64,000 nucleotides of DNA. Source: Syncephalis fuscata S228. Taxonomy: Eukaryota; Fungi; Zoopagomycota. Each line of letters opens with the position of its first letter. Positions within the stretch are counted from its first letter, which is position 1. The position numbers and the translations under genes were made by a program. Shown here piece by piece: positions 28,357 to 42,365 of the stretch. Below the pieces are notes generated by a model. It had not been told where the DNA came from, searched no databases, and saw only the letters and a program-made list of their open reading frames with translations. The stretch is taken from the NCBI GenBank assembly GCA_025786725.1, contig JAHLTZ010000001.1, positions 941,273 to 1,005,272 of the forward strand, given 5' to 3'.

Positions 28357-30602
28357 GATATTCTGAACCAACAGGATATGCAAGTAAAAGTTTATAAAAT
28401 ATAAAAATGATATAGAAAGCTGAAGATGAAGTAAGGTGTGCTATAATGTTGCTCAATTTTACGTCTTGAACACGCGCTATTTAAAGCTTTTAAAATTGCA
28501 AATAATTCTATGGCATAGCATTCCTTTGTATGGAGTATGGATGGATGTGCAGTTCCAAGATTGCACAGCTATGCTTGTTACTATGTTTCAGCCGTTTTTT
28601 GGGTTAAAATGCCAAGAATCTATTTATATAACGGATTAGCACTGTTTATGCTTTATTATATACTTCTAATTCTAATGATATGCACATTATTGGCAAATTG
28701 TAATAAATACTAATTACAATCTATATAATCCACAGCAGCTGTTTATTTATTTTTTAATATTTCTGCAGCTATAATCGGCAAAATATATTGAATTTTAAAT
28801 GTTTTGTCAGTATAAGCTAATAGACTTGAATGTAGTAATACGTCGTTTCAACACATACCATGACTATCCTTTCTATTCAAGTCCAATCCAAAATTAACTT
28901 TTATAGTCAAATTATAGCAGTACCATTGCTTTAGCAGACACTTTTATCTACATGAAATACCAAACTGACACGCCTATCGCTACTTCCATAGACCTAATTA
29001 TAGAATACGATGTTGTCATTTGTTGGTTTAGTAAATGCTAAATGTTGATTTATTAACTAGTTATTAATTAAAAGTTATGTTTATTAATTGTTATTGATTC
29101 ATCTAATTGACTACTAATAACATGGGCGATTAGTATTGTATGATAAATAAACCAGTATATGACTATTAATATTAAAGCCACACATTATATATACTATTGT
29201 ATGCACAGTACTATTGCCGCCATGTCGAGTGGTATGTCATTAAAATTATTTTTAAAATAAAAACTTACTGTTTATAGCATGGCGTGTAACATGATTTTAA
29301 TGGAATATTTGTATATACGCTATTTATCTACCAAGTACTTGTTTAGTTGCTTAGTATGAAATAAATCACGTTATTTTTACCGAGTATATCTATATATATA
29401 TATTATAATACATAATATAAAACACTGTAATTGCCTATGTTTGTTAAATTACATCCATAAGCTATAGTAGTAAGCATCCAAGTGAGTAAACAGTATAATA
29501 TTGTTATTACTTGACCAAATTACATGATTTAACGAAGCTCAGTTTAAGCTTCGTTGTACTCTAATTAAGGTTTTCCCATCAGGGTCATTGCATTTATTCT
29601 CCATTTAACAGCCGACAGTATTATAAATGCCTAATACTGCCAGCAGAACATCAAATAAACACTTTTTACTTCCAATTACTTTTAGCTTATTTTCAGGTTC
29701 ATGCAGTCGGATTTCTATGTAAATTACTGATAAAGCTATTTATTAGTAATAAAAATTACTAAGATACTACTTTGATAATTTCTATTAATTCCATTATTTA
29801 CATTTAACTAAGCCATCTCTATTCCGCTCTCTCTTATTTGGTTGCTTAGCTCACCTTACAACACCATATATCTGGTTTTGTAACAATATAAAAATTAAAT
29901 GCAATGATTGTTGTAATCCGTAAAAATAGTTTATATAAATATCATTTTACAAATACAATATTGTCAGAATAATTGAAAATAAAATTTAAAAACTTTAGTA
30001 TTCGTGTCCAACTCTTTTTCAATTGACATCTTGAACTTTATTATACTTAAATTAAAGCAATGCCCACTCAAATAAATTACATAATTACTTATAAAGGCAG
30101 TTTTTTTTATAAATACTATGAATGCCATAATAAAATTAAACAATAATATGGATCACTGGAGAACAAGTTCAGTGATTTTTAATGGTCTTATTAATTATTA
30201 AAAGGATGGTTTGTGGCAAACATTGCATTGCGTACGCGGTCATGATGTACAACAAAATAAGTTTAATGCATAGAATAAATTACATAATATTATAATTAGC
30301 AATTAACTATCATTTTCTAATATAATAATAGTAGTAATTATACGTCAACAAATTTTAATATCTTATCTGGCACGTTTGTTACACTTACACAGGACTGACA
30401 AGACGGTTAAAATTGGTGTCAATTGGTTATTTAGTACAGATTATTATGTCAAAAATAATTTACTAATGCTATATATCTAATATAAATAAACCATTAAATT
30501 TCAATTAATAAACATCATTTTACAATACTCACATTTATAAAATAGCTCTTATTATACAGCACTTATCATCTGAACTCAAAATTCATGCCTGGATACCTCT
30601 AG

Positions 30603-31463
30603 CCGGAAAACGCATTAATAATGGATATTCGTGACGATCCGGTAATTGCACTATCAGATTTTGGTCTGGGGCAACCAGTCTCAAATACCGGACCACCATT
30701 GACCGCATGTTGCGGTACAATGGGATATGTGGCGCCAGAGGTACTGTTGCGCACCATTTTAAGAATGACGCATTGAAGCTCGTAGCTGAGCACAAAGAAG
30801 AGTGTCAAGAGGTGGTTGAAATATTTGCTTCCTGCCAAAATGGTTATGGTAAGGAAGCAGATGCCTGGAGTCTATGTATAGCTTTGTTTTACCTATTAAC
30901 AAGTAAGTACATAAGTCAAATATAGAATAGTATGTATTTATTAATATGTTTAGAGAAATTGCCATACACCAATGGCAATCCTGTTGACTATATTATTGCA
31001 ATATTTAGTAATGTAGTCAATTTCAGCAACACCAATCGTCCAGTTTTAAGCGAAAGCGGTAAGTAACAAATGTTGAATATCAGACAAAACTAACTTTATT
31101 ATAGCTAAAAATCTAATTTGCGGTCTACTCACCATCGATAGTACTAGGCGTTGTATTATCGATGCCGCATTACAGAGTGAGTGGCTGGGTACAGCGCCCA
31201 AAAAGGAAGATGGCATTTAGAATGTAAATGCCAATACTGTTGTCACTGTCCCTGTGGCAACAGTAGCCACCATCCCAACTGTGGTTGTAGCACCATCACC
31301 TAGTAAGCCATCAGCGGTCTTACTACCTAAAATTACAACTGTACCAAATATTGACCTAATGGTTCCAAAAAGCGTAAAGCGTTTACGCTCTTTTGAGTCA
31401 TTTGAGAAGAAAAAAGTTAAACGCATTAAAAAACTATCATTAATATCTATATCCAAATACTAA
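30603..31463 (+). pseudogene. C-lobe remnant of a Ser/Thr kinase paralogous to 56998-59397
   Basis: Contains PENALI..SDFGLG..CGTMGYVAPEV, GYGKEADAWSL and KNLICGLLTIDSTRR. It has a frameshift and an in-frame TAG near 31218. No N-lobe or HRD exons were found upstream. Confidence 0.8.
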
Positions 31464-31629
31464 CAAAAAAATAGTCATTTGTTTTAATTGATTTTATTCT
31501 TATCTTATTTGTACTTGCTTTTAATAAAATATGTGTATACTATTATAATCCTTTAAAAATATATTCAAATTAAGTTACATTTGACATAGCTTATTCAATG
31601 TCATTAAATTGGCGATAATTAAATAATAA

Positions 31630-32760
31630 TACTTTTATTAACAATTTATTAACAATATAATTATGATTTGGGCGCCAAATGAATAAAATTATAACATTTG
31701 TGTAATCGAACTAAATATTTGTTCTATTGAACATGGGGACAAGTGGCGAGTTTTATTTAATCATCACATCATCACATTTGTTGTTTGCTTGGTGGTCAAA
31801 TGACTAAATTTAATAACATACAATCTATTGAACATGATGATGGGTGGTGAGTGACATCAACCATCAAATACTCATCATTGTAGATTTATTATCCAGTATG
31901 CATATATTCAGTACATACATATATATATCATCACTATGCCTGATTAACATTAAAATCATAATTAATTACATGACCTAGTTTATTTATAAATAATTTAATA
32001 AAACATAACTCCGTTCATATTCATATTATTTGTTCTATCAATATAACTCAGTGAACAAACTAAGTGCAATATGTCAATTTATTAATAAAAAAGTTGGAAT
32101 CATACTGACAACGGCTATAGATAGCGTATAGCCAATATATAATAAAATGATAAATATTATTATGAATATGCAATATTGAACGAGATTGGCAATGTCAAAG
32201 TTATTGAGTATAATGCATGATCAATGAGCGGAATTAGTCGACATTTATTAATAAAGATAAAACAAAATAAAACAGTTTTGGATAGAGGAGGCAAGGATAT
32301 AAAATATATAAAATGATAAAGGTACGGTGAAAAAGTATATAAAACAATGTCAAAGTTACAGTGTGTATAGCGTAACGAGCATAACGAGCAAAGTTTATTG
32401 CAGCATATAATGAATAAAATGTACCTAATATATCATAAAATGATATATAGTAGTGTGTAACAGAATGGGAATGATATAAAAAATAGGGCATATATACATA
32501 CTAAATGAAATCTATGATGATGAGTATTTGATGATTGATGTTGCTTACCACCCATCATCATGTTCAATAGATTGTATGTTATTAAATTTAGTCATTTGAC
32601 CACCAAGCAAACAATAAATGTGATGATGTGCTGATTAAATAAACTCACCACTTGCCCATGTTCAATAGATTGAATGTGCAGTTCAATTATACGAATACTG
32701 CTATATTTATTCATTTGTTTCAAATTACATTAAATAGTTAATAGATGTTATAAAATAGTT
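31630..32760. mobile_element. Non-autonomous long-TIR (foldback/Mutator-like) element, copy A
   Basis: Inverted arms of ~280 bp (about 31630-31907 and 32490-32760). Segment 31771-31848 matches the reverse complement of about 32547-32624 with one mismatch. Confidence 0.85.
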
Positions 32761-35009
32761 TTATAATAAAATACATAAAATATTTTAAGCACATCATGTA
32801 GTCGTTTAATTTAATGAATAACATGGTTCACATACTTTTATATTACAACTAAAAGGAATATCACACAACACATGCTTATTAGTATAAATAATACAGCTAA
32901 CTAAACAAATTACTGATATTACTGCTAAATAGATAATATATTTGTAGTTGTACTAGCATGCTAACTCATGATTCAAAGAAGTGGCATTGTGACATTGCAT
33001 TGTCCACAGATGTTATAGAATATAACCAAAATATCTTTATTAATACAATAAAGATATGGGCCATGGTGAAAAAGAAAAGCTGTTTAAATTCCAGTTTACA
33101 TATACATCTTTAGCATAAGTAAATAAAGTCGAAATAATATCGAGTAGAGTGCATAATTTACGTTGGCTCAAGTTTCCAGCAGTGATCATATTAGATTGCT
33201 GAAAGTTAGTAATATGTTGATCTTACGACCTGTGCATGCTAGTACAGTATGCATAAGCACAATTTTAGCAAACATTCATCAATGCATGTTGTTCCGTATT
33301 AGCAAGTGTTCAGTAAAAAAACAATGATATTTACCTTTATAATGGTCACTACGTCGTTTTGTTGCTAAATTTAAATAAATATCTGTAGCATTCAACAGTC
33401 TACATGCAATCATAGCAAAACAATGCACCAGGAATGGCCTACTTGATGTATGTTGATAACCTGGACTCCCACCCATCAGTGCTGATCTATATGGTCTTCA
33501 GCTATCATAATCACGATGCGCTGTGGCTGCTGTTTTGTCATTGCTTATAACACAAGCAATATCAGAAAACTACTCAGCCAAGCGACATACATGATTAGAT
33601 AAACAAAACGAACAACCAATAGCACTGACCACTTACCCACGTCTAGGCCATCTACATACAAACAAGAAATCTAGAATACAACAATGACAGCGCAATAGAC
33701 ACTGTTACAACACTAAACAGCCAACACAGCTACACCACCATTCTAGACAGTTAAAGACAACAGCTTAGATAGTAAAAACATTATAAACTTTAAACCAAAG
33801 CTGTGCCAATAAAGGTACTTCAACTGTTAAAAACAATGATGCCACTATGATGGCTGTCTAGCATTGCCCGCAAGCAAGGAGTGTTGATATGCATAATGCT
33901 CACCTGAGCGTATATATACGAACACCGCCATACAATACACAGTGGTCTACAGCATAGATCAAAATGCTTTAGCATCGTGCTGTCGATCTTTCACAGTGGT
34001 TTATTCGACTATTTTACTTGCTTTAAACAAGTTAAATATGCCAAGCAGTTGTATAGTGTATGGCTTCACAAATAAGCAGTTTACAGTGCGCCATATAAAT
34101 ATTTGAATAATACTAAATATTAAAATTTAGACATGCATAGAACATTATAATGGGCTTATTAATTAATTGAAAGTAAATATAAAATAAGATATCTAATTAA
34201 AATTGCGCATTTCAGTAAGTATGTATATTGTATAATCATATGTAATTGTTGTTAATACAGAAGCAAACATTCATTATTCTTTAATGAATCGGATCGGTTA
34301 ATTACAATAAGAAAAATGAAAGAAGCAAAATAGACTAGTTTAAAAAGAATTCTATGTGATAGCATGTAACATACGTTTATATTTAGTAAAATGTCATTGC
34401 AAAACAGAAAACCATCTGTTTAATTGAACATTGCGATGATTCAATAAGATTATATACTAATAAGATGCTTAGGTATACATTATTAAATTTATTTGTTTTA
34501 TCAACTTTACTAGCTGTTAAACATCTGTTAAATAAACTTTGTCAAAAATACGTTCATTATTTGCATATAGATGCTAATCAAACTACTTTTAAGAATGACT
34601 ATTTATATTACTGTGTATACATGCGCAGTACATTTTTAAATCAGTCAAAGTTAGTGTCATTTACATAGCCTTCAATTTTGACAATCAGTAATTTTAAATA
34701 TTTGTTTGTACTGATATTAGCCAATAATCATGTTCTGATATTTGATCAATAAAGACATCTTAAGCATTTGAAAGAAATACATCAACATATGTCATAAACA
34801 TTGTAATAGAAAGATGTTTCAGATGTGCCATGACATACCAGTTGTGCTTGTCAGCTTATTTATTTAATAAAAATATGAGTATTTAAATACAGCATCGCGT
34901 ATTCATTTACTTTCTAAAATCACCATTCTTTCTATCGCTATTTCTTCACATATATTGCTTTTATATTGCAATATTATAACAGATTTAGCAATTTGAGTAT
35001 ATATAAGAT

Positions 35010-35940
35010 ATGGATAGCTCAAACAAATTTTCTCTTATTTTATTAGTTTTATTAGCTTCTCCCTCTCTATCATTTGTAGTTAAAACTACTACATACTCCG
35101 CTGCTAAAGATATTTCTAATAAATCATCTTCAGTAGCTCAAGTAACAAACACGATCCATGTGCCTGCTCTTGCTTCGCCATTTGTTACGCCTAATAACTC
35201 TGTAGGAAGCATATATGAAAAGCTTCCTACAGCATGGGCAACATTGAGCGAGGAAAAACAGGAAAAAGCTGTAGCATGGATTGAAGTTATTGATGTCGAA
35301 AATACAGGTAAGTAAATATAGTATTAATGAGCAATTGACATAACTATCTATTTAAAGAACATCTTTTGAAACACGGAGAAGTATTAATGCTGGCCAAGTT
35401 ATTTTTAGGTAAGTTGTACAGCGTATAAAACTAGTACTTTATTATTATAATACTATATCATGATTTGTATTACATAAAAAATATATAAAACCAACAATAG
35501 TTGATTTAATTAAACGTAATGCTAATGAACCATACCACACAACATTTATTAATACAATGATTTATTTGATTTAGCACAAGTAAAAGTCAAGATAATGAGC
35601 AGGCTAATTATTTCTCCATATTTATGGTAAGTAATATATATTATTTATTAGAATAGCAATAATAACTGTAATTACTATTTAGGAAAATAATGAGATGACA
35701 TTTAAAGTAGGTAATTGCTATAACAATCAATAGTAGTACTAACTATGTAATTAGAATCTAATGCGTGAAGAAATCATTGGTAAATACAATTATTAATAGT
35801 ATACATGGCGTTAACTATGTATTTAGTAAAGATAGAAAAATTTGGCATAAAATTTCAACCATTATAAAAAATAATAGTTATGGCCCGCTATCTGAACAGG
35901 AAGCCAAACATATTTTTAACAAATATTAAAAGGTGTTAAG
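35010..35940 (+). pseudogene. N-terminal, internally deleted remnant of the same kinase family
   Basis: LPTAWATLSEEKQEKAVAWIEV matches VPNCWNDLSAEKRASAVAWIQV. It keeps an equivalent 25-nt exon, and GPLSEQEAKHIF..ILKGVK|gtaagt matches ASLPEMEIKHIFKQLLEGIQ|gtaagt. The N-lobe is deleted and the C-lobe is absent. Confidence 0.75.
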
Positions 35941-36334
35941 GTAAGTAATAATTTTAATTAATAATTTGTTACCAACTTTAAATCGTATAGCATTATCTAT
36001 TTAATTTATTTCTCATTATTTTAGCAGCCATATAAATTACGGTTTTTTTGTATTTTTAATAAAGTTTTATTTTTATTTTGTAATTAACTGTTTTATTCAC
36101 AACAATGTGTTTAATAATATCAAATTTTAGTACAGCGCAATAGTTTTATATATAAATAATACAGTAATGATATGTGTTATACCAATATTCACTGGCGCAT
36201 AATATTATGATAAGTAAAGATTGCTATTACAATATAAATACTGTTTATTGTTAAAAATTACGTTATTATATATTGTTACTCGAGCATAAAAACTAAACAT
36301 AATATCAGTGGCTTATTTAAATAATTATTTTATT

Positions 36335-37095
36335 ATTATTATAACATTTTATTAACTATTAATATGATTTGGGGTCGAATGAATAAATTTAATAACATTT
36401 GTGTAGCTGAACTACATTTTTGTTCTATTGAACACGGGAACAAGTGGTGAGTTTTATTTAATCATTATATTATCACATTTATTGCTTTTTTTTTTGGGGG
36501 GGGGCAAATGACTACATATAATAAAGCCCAATCTGTTGGCATGGAACTAAGTGTAAGTTACATCAATCACCAAAATACTCATCATCATAGATCTATTATC
36601 CAGTATGCACATATCTCTAGCTACACATACTATTAACATTCTATACACATGTGAGTTGCGATATACTATCAATAAATCCAGGGCCAAACTGACAGCAATT
36701 TATAGATGATATGCATTGTCATATGCTAAAACAATATGCGGTATATTTAGTATACAGCGATACTTACAAAATCGGCAGTTTGAAGCTATAGTGCATGTCA
36801 CCAATAAGTGGAATGATTAAAACGCATTGCAAACTATAATGAATAGAATGCGTTTAGTATACTATAAAATTGCATATAGTAATAAAGTACACAGTAGAAA
36901 TGATATAATTAGAAAAAGGATATATGCGTACTGGATAGTAAATCTATGATAATGAACGTTTAATGGCTGATGTCACTCACCATCCAGTTTCATGTTCAAT
37001 ATACCGAATATGTAGGTCAACTACACGAATGCTATTAAATGTAATTATTCAAGCTCCATTGCATTAGATTTCTGATAAGTTGCTTAGTAATAATT
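36335..37095. mobile_element. Long-TIR element, copy B
   Basis: Left arm 36335-36612 is homologous to the copy A arm (tgttctattgaacac...caagtggtgagttttatttaatc, atactcatcatcatagat..ttatccagtatgca). A shorter inverted arm lies at about 36920-37095. Confidence 0.8.
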
Positions 37096-38130
37096 TAATA
37101 AATTTAATACAAATCACATTCCAAATAAACTAGTGTTATTATCAACTACATACATAACGCTGGTGTGCTATATCAAATATAAAAGATTATAATGTTTAGT
37201 AATACAATACAACTCAGGTAAATAAATGATATTCTACAGCTACCAGTATTTTAGTTTTATTGATTTTGCAATAACGTAAACAACTTGTTTATACAAATGC
37301 TAACTGTTGAAATAGTTATAAGAAATTGACCGTATTTGCTAATGCTATAGTCAAAATAAATATGATACCACGATGGAAATCAATGAGATATGACAATGCT
37401 TATGATGTGATATACCGATAAAACGGTATATACATAGCTGATGTATATGCAATAGGTAACAACATGCCATCTAAATTATGGCTTGCTGTCTAGTATGCGA
37501 TTGGTTTTAATTAATAAATACCAATATCATTAATGTCAGCAATAACAAAATGCTGCATACTAGCTTATTATTACAGCTATTGCTATACACGCAAATAAAC
37601 AATACACTACTGTAATTGCTTGATGTTTGAACAGCTGTTATTGACAACTAGCTGTTACTAACACATTGGCAATGTAGATATAGTTGGCATTGTTGGACAT
37701 ACTACAGATTTGCGCTAGCTGTGCTTAATACAAAATAGCACCACTGGTACTGGGAAGTAACAAATAAAAGTATAGTAACTGCTGCTTAGTATGCTTGTAA
37801 AGTTGGTAGCAGCTAGTCGACATTAATGATGACTAATACTAATACGCACTAATAGGTTGCACATGTTAGATGCTGTGTTAGCAAAAAATGTGTTAAGCAA
37901 TCTACAGTTGTTGAAGTATATGCTAGTGGACATGCAACAGCTAGCATTATTTTTGCTATTCATTTTATCAAATACGTGTCAGCAACCATTATGTATCGAA
38001 TAATATCAATCTTGTAGTATATGTATGTATACTACTAATGGATGTTAACAGACCAACCATATTATTAACAAAACTAGCTAGGTCATAAATAAATGATAAA
38101 TATCAACAAAAGTTTTGACTGTTTAATAAT

Positions 38131-38605
38131 TATAGTTAATTAACTATACATTTTTTACTAGTATTTATGTGTGCTTTTCTAATTAATCAAGAAATTTCAC
38201 CGATTTTTAATTCCATCAGTAATATAGCTATAAATACATAATCCATTCATTATGACCGCATAGTCTTGGAACATCGACACATATAAGTTATATATTTTTG
38301 AAAAATCATGGAAAGGTGCTAACAATTAAAAGTGCTTAAAAGTGCCATTTTAATAATAATATTACTGTTTTTATTTCCAGCGCCTTTTCACAATTTTTCA
38401 AAAATACATAATTATATTCATCGATGCTCCAAGATTATGCGGCATAATGAATGACATTATGTATTTATAGCTATATTACTGATGGAATTAAAAATCAGTA
38501 AAAGTTGCTTAGTTACTAAAAAAAGCTGTAATAGCCTCCCTTTGCCATTTGATAATACAAGCCCACACAAATACTAATAAAAATGTAGTAATCAATTAAC
38601 TATTT
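38131..38605. mobile_element. Near-palindromic hairpin element (second family, MITE-like)
   Basis: 38203-38242 is the exact reverse complement of 38456-38495. Imperfect pairing extends ~200 bp on each side of a short loop. Confidence 0.8.
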
Positions 38606-39394
38606 AATAACTAGCCAATTACAGCTTTTGTTAATATTTACCATTTGTTTGTGTTGCCTAGCTAGTCTTGTTAATGCTATGACTAGTCTATTAATAGCCA
38701 CTAGTAGTATATGATCATGTATTGTAATTTTAATATTACTTAATATACAATGATTATCGATATGTATTCTAATCGCAATCAACCGCAACGAAGCTGTTAT
38801 CCATTTCATAGTTATGTCGATATAATTAATCGTTGTTAATACGTGTGCATTAACACTTTAACAACTGCATGATACTGTATATTACCTAGATATATGTTTG
38901 CTAATACTGCAGTTAACATGCGTATTTTGCTGGCGTGCATTAACATTGATTGCTAAAAATGCCAGTTGAACATTGTCAACAACTCTGTAACTATAACGAG
39001 CAGCAGTTGCCGTATTTGTATCTACCAATCGACACCGCCATTGCTGCTGCTTCCATCTATTGTTGAATGGCCATGTATATAGATGTCAACTGTTTAGAAT
39101 GTCATTTATATTGTAATGTCTAACTTGGTTACAAGCATTGGCAAATACAGCCACTTTCTTGTAATATTTACCATTCAACGCACTTTTAAATAAATAGCTT
39201 TATTACGAAAACAACAAAAATAGAACATCCAGTAGCTTTGGCACACCATTCAGTTATTAAGCCATATTACATTATTATCATATTACAATTATTTACATTC
39301 TATATAACTATACGCACACTAGTCATTTTGATAAAAATAACATAATTTTGTTTTGTTTATTATGCTAGTCTATTACACCACTATTAAACAGTTT

Positions 39395-39546
39395 AATGTT
39401 TGTTTGATAGCCAAATGATCAAGTTCAATGCTAATTGCACAGTTGAACTAGACATTTACTTTATTGAGCGTGGAAATGGATGTCAAGTGACATCAGTCAT
39501 TAAAATATGTATTATCATATATTTATTACTCAGTATGCATATATCA
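39395..39546 (+). repeat. Solo diverged arm of the long-TIR family
   Basis: Contains caaatgat..gttgaacta..ttattgag..gtgacatcagtca..tttattactcagtatgcatata, the same motif order as the copy A arm. Confidence 0.65.
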
Positions 39547-39736
39547 TAATAATAATAGAGCCACAGTATCAAAATAAGTAATCGTTTTATTGTGAGATAA
39601 CGGTAATGATATAATTGAAGTGAAGAACAGAATAAACAACTTATTATTATTTAATACTTGGAGTAGTAGTAGTCATGAAAAAATATGAGCAATAACAGTG
39701 ATAGCGCTATTTTAGTAATTAAAAACATCGTATTAT

Positions 39737-41986
39737 TCAGTAAGTGCCAGAAGATGGTGGCGGTGGTGGAGGTGGTGGCGGATAATCCGATGGAGGTGGA
39801 GGCGGAGGTGGCGGATAGCCAGATGCATCTTGGTGTGTGTATTCTTGACCATAATGACCAGATGCGTAATCAGTAGATGTAGTAGCAGCAGTAGCAGTAG
39901 CAGCAGCAGCAGCATTACCACCTTCTCCACCTTCAGTATAATTACTATTAGTCTGCCATGGTGCTGCACCTGTACTATTAGATCCATACTGAGTATTAGC
40001 CCCACTATTATCACCAGCTTGTCCGTAATAGCCGGCATTGGATGCATCATAATAGCCATTATGATTGCCATAATAATCATATTCTCCTAATGAACTGTTA
40101 GCATATAATAGTTATTTATTCAGTATTTATAGTTACCTTGCTGCTGTTGGTAGTAATAATTTGAACGGTTATTATAATATCCACCATTGCCTCGTTGTTG
40201 TTGTTGTTGTTGCCACGGGGGTACTGAAGAGTTGGCACCACCACTGCTACCTCGTCCACCATAGCCACCATCTTCATAGCGTGAGCCATGACGGCTCTGT
40301 GCTGCCCAGGGTGGTGCATTCCCACCGCCGCCACCACCGCCGCCACCAGAGCCAGGTCCATAGTGGCTCTAATAACAATTATTATTAGTATTATTAGTAT
40401 TATTTATTGGCATACTATTTATAGCAAACTACTTACCGAATTATTAGCACCATTACCACCGGCACCGGCGCCGCCTTCTGTTTGCTCGCCCAATTCAGCC
40501 ATTAAGCTATAATATTCCGCGTCAAGTTTCTGGTTCTTTTGCTGGGCATCTGGATTATTGCGATCGCGACAATCACGAGCTGCGTGTCCTGCTCCACCGC
40601 AAATGCGGCATACAAGATTGGCTGTGAAATTACGCTGTTCAGGACATTCATAGCGTCGATGTCCAACTTGGCCACAGTTAAGACATGGCTGGTTTTCATC
40701 ATCACGTAGGGTTCCGTTTAGAGAGGCTAATTCACGCAATTGAGCTCGCTTTAAATCATTTTGTGCTTCTGGGATTGATACAGCCTAGTAAATATCAATT
40801 AACAACTATATGAATAGCTATTTGCCATATTATTCATCTACTTACTGTTTCAATAATCTTTTCAATTAATTTTATAGCTTTTGCTACCTTCTCTGGCGCA
40901 TCAGCTGTTATTAAACAATGCAAATCTTCTTCAAGTCCATCGCTAGCCGAGGGCACCTTGCCTTCTTTAACACTGCCTTTACCACGAATGCTGATCTTTG
41001 CCTTTGATTCCGATTCCATTTTCTTTAGTGTATTACCACGGGGGCCAATAATAAGGCCAATAAAGTTGATGTCGGGATAGTCGCGCACTGGAATGTATAG
41101 CTTTTCAATGGCTTTACGCGGCCGCTGGTAGTCGACTGGCGGTACAAATTGTGGATCAAGTTTTTGCGCCTGTTGGACTAGCTTGTGGCGTTCATCCTCC
41201 AACTTTTTACGATATCTGAATTCACGAGTATTAATACGCTTGCCATCAGTTCCATAAACTGGCTCCGGTGATGGTGATCTATGCATATATGCATTGTACC
41301 AATTGTCATTAGCCTATTTGCCGTTTATGCATACAATGTACTTACCGTCTATCTCTAGGAACGTAGTCGCCCGCATTTAGTTTCCGACCAATTTCCTCGA
41401 GGCGTACATAGGCTAATACAGTTTAGTTTAATAAAACCAGTCAAAGTGAAATATGCACAAACATACTTAGAAACAAATCGAGCTTTTCCTTAGGAACTGC
41501 TCCAGACAATGCCGTTGGCATGCCCGGTACACTTGATTTCTCCTCCGGATCGGCCCATCGGCTTTTACGTTTACGACCGCGGTCATTGTCTAAAACCACA
41601 ACGGCAAAATGAAAGTCAATATATGCGATCCCATCTACCTGCGCTATTAGCAACTACTTACCACTGCCGCCAGTCATATCGGATGGCATAGATCGCTTTC
41701 CACCCTCCATTGCTGCCGATTCTCTACCGGACGAAGACGATCCGTAGCGTGAGCTTGAATGACCGCCTTCATAATCGCGATGCGAGTAGCGATCCCGCGA
41801 TCGATCAGAACTATGATTTGCATGTACACGTGCCATATATCCTTCATGATGTCCACTACTATTACCGTAGGAGGAGCCAGAAGGTGGCGGTGGCGGTGGA
41901 GGCGGCGATGATTCCGATTGACCGCCCCGTGCAAGCCGATTGTATCCCAAAGGGATATTGTTAGTGCCAGTAGCCCCGCGTGACAT
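39737..41986 (-). CDS. MSL5: Branchpoint-bridging protein / splicing factor 1
   Basis: Contains the [20 protein letters not shown], the KH-QUA2 motif [19 protein letters not shown], two CCHC zinc knuckles and a Pro-rich C-terminus ending PPSSGTY*. Confidence 0.97.
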
Positions 41987-42365
41987 GGCTAATAGCAACA
42001 GTCAGCCAAGTAGGTGGCAATCAAATGATAGCAATGATAGACTTGAAGCGAACAGAATAGAGAAATATCAATGATAGTAACAGCTATAGATCGCTAAAAG
42101 TGTATAAGCGTGTTGAAAAATGAAAAGAAAAGGATATGTTAAAGCTGTGTGTACGTGTGTGTGTATGTGGGAATTATAATAACTGAATTTAAACAACAAT
42201 AATAATGTTATAGGTAAAATATGCATATATATATACGTCATATTCCTGTTTTACGAATTATCCAATGACTATCAAGATAGATGCATACACATATCTATGC
42301 CATAGTTTATTAATATAGCTATATATCAGTTAGTTGGTTGGTTAGTTGGCTGATTAGTTGATCAG

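Noticed and set aside
33250-33620. Possible retroelement RNase H remnant (WTPTH)
   Set aside because: It is a single short motif in stop-riddled frames with no other catalytic motifs.
30603-35940. Kinase C-half lying upstream of an N-half, suggesting a permuted or trans-spliced gene
   Set aside because: The 35-kb piece has an internal deletion removing the Gly-loop/VAIK region. Neither piece has the HRD exons, and the C-half has an in-frame stop. Two independent pseudogenes explain it better.
39685-40512. Overlapping ORFs on both strands rich in Ser/Val/His/Ile
   Set aside because: These are shadow frames of the low-complexity Pro/Gly/Tyr-rich C-terminus of SF1.
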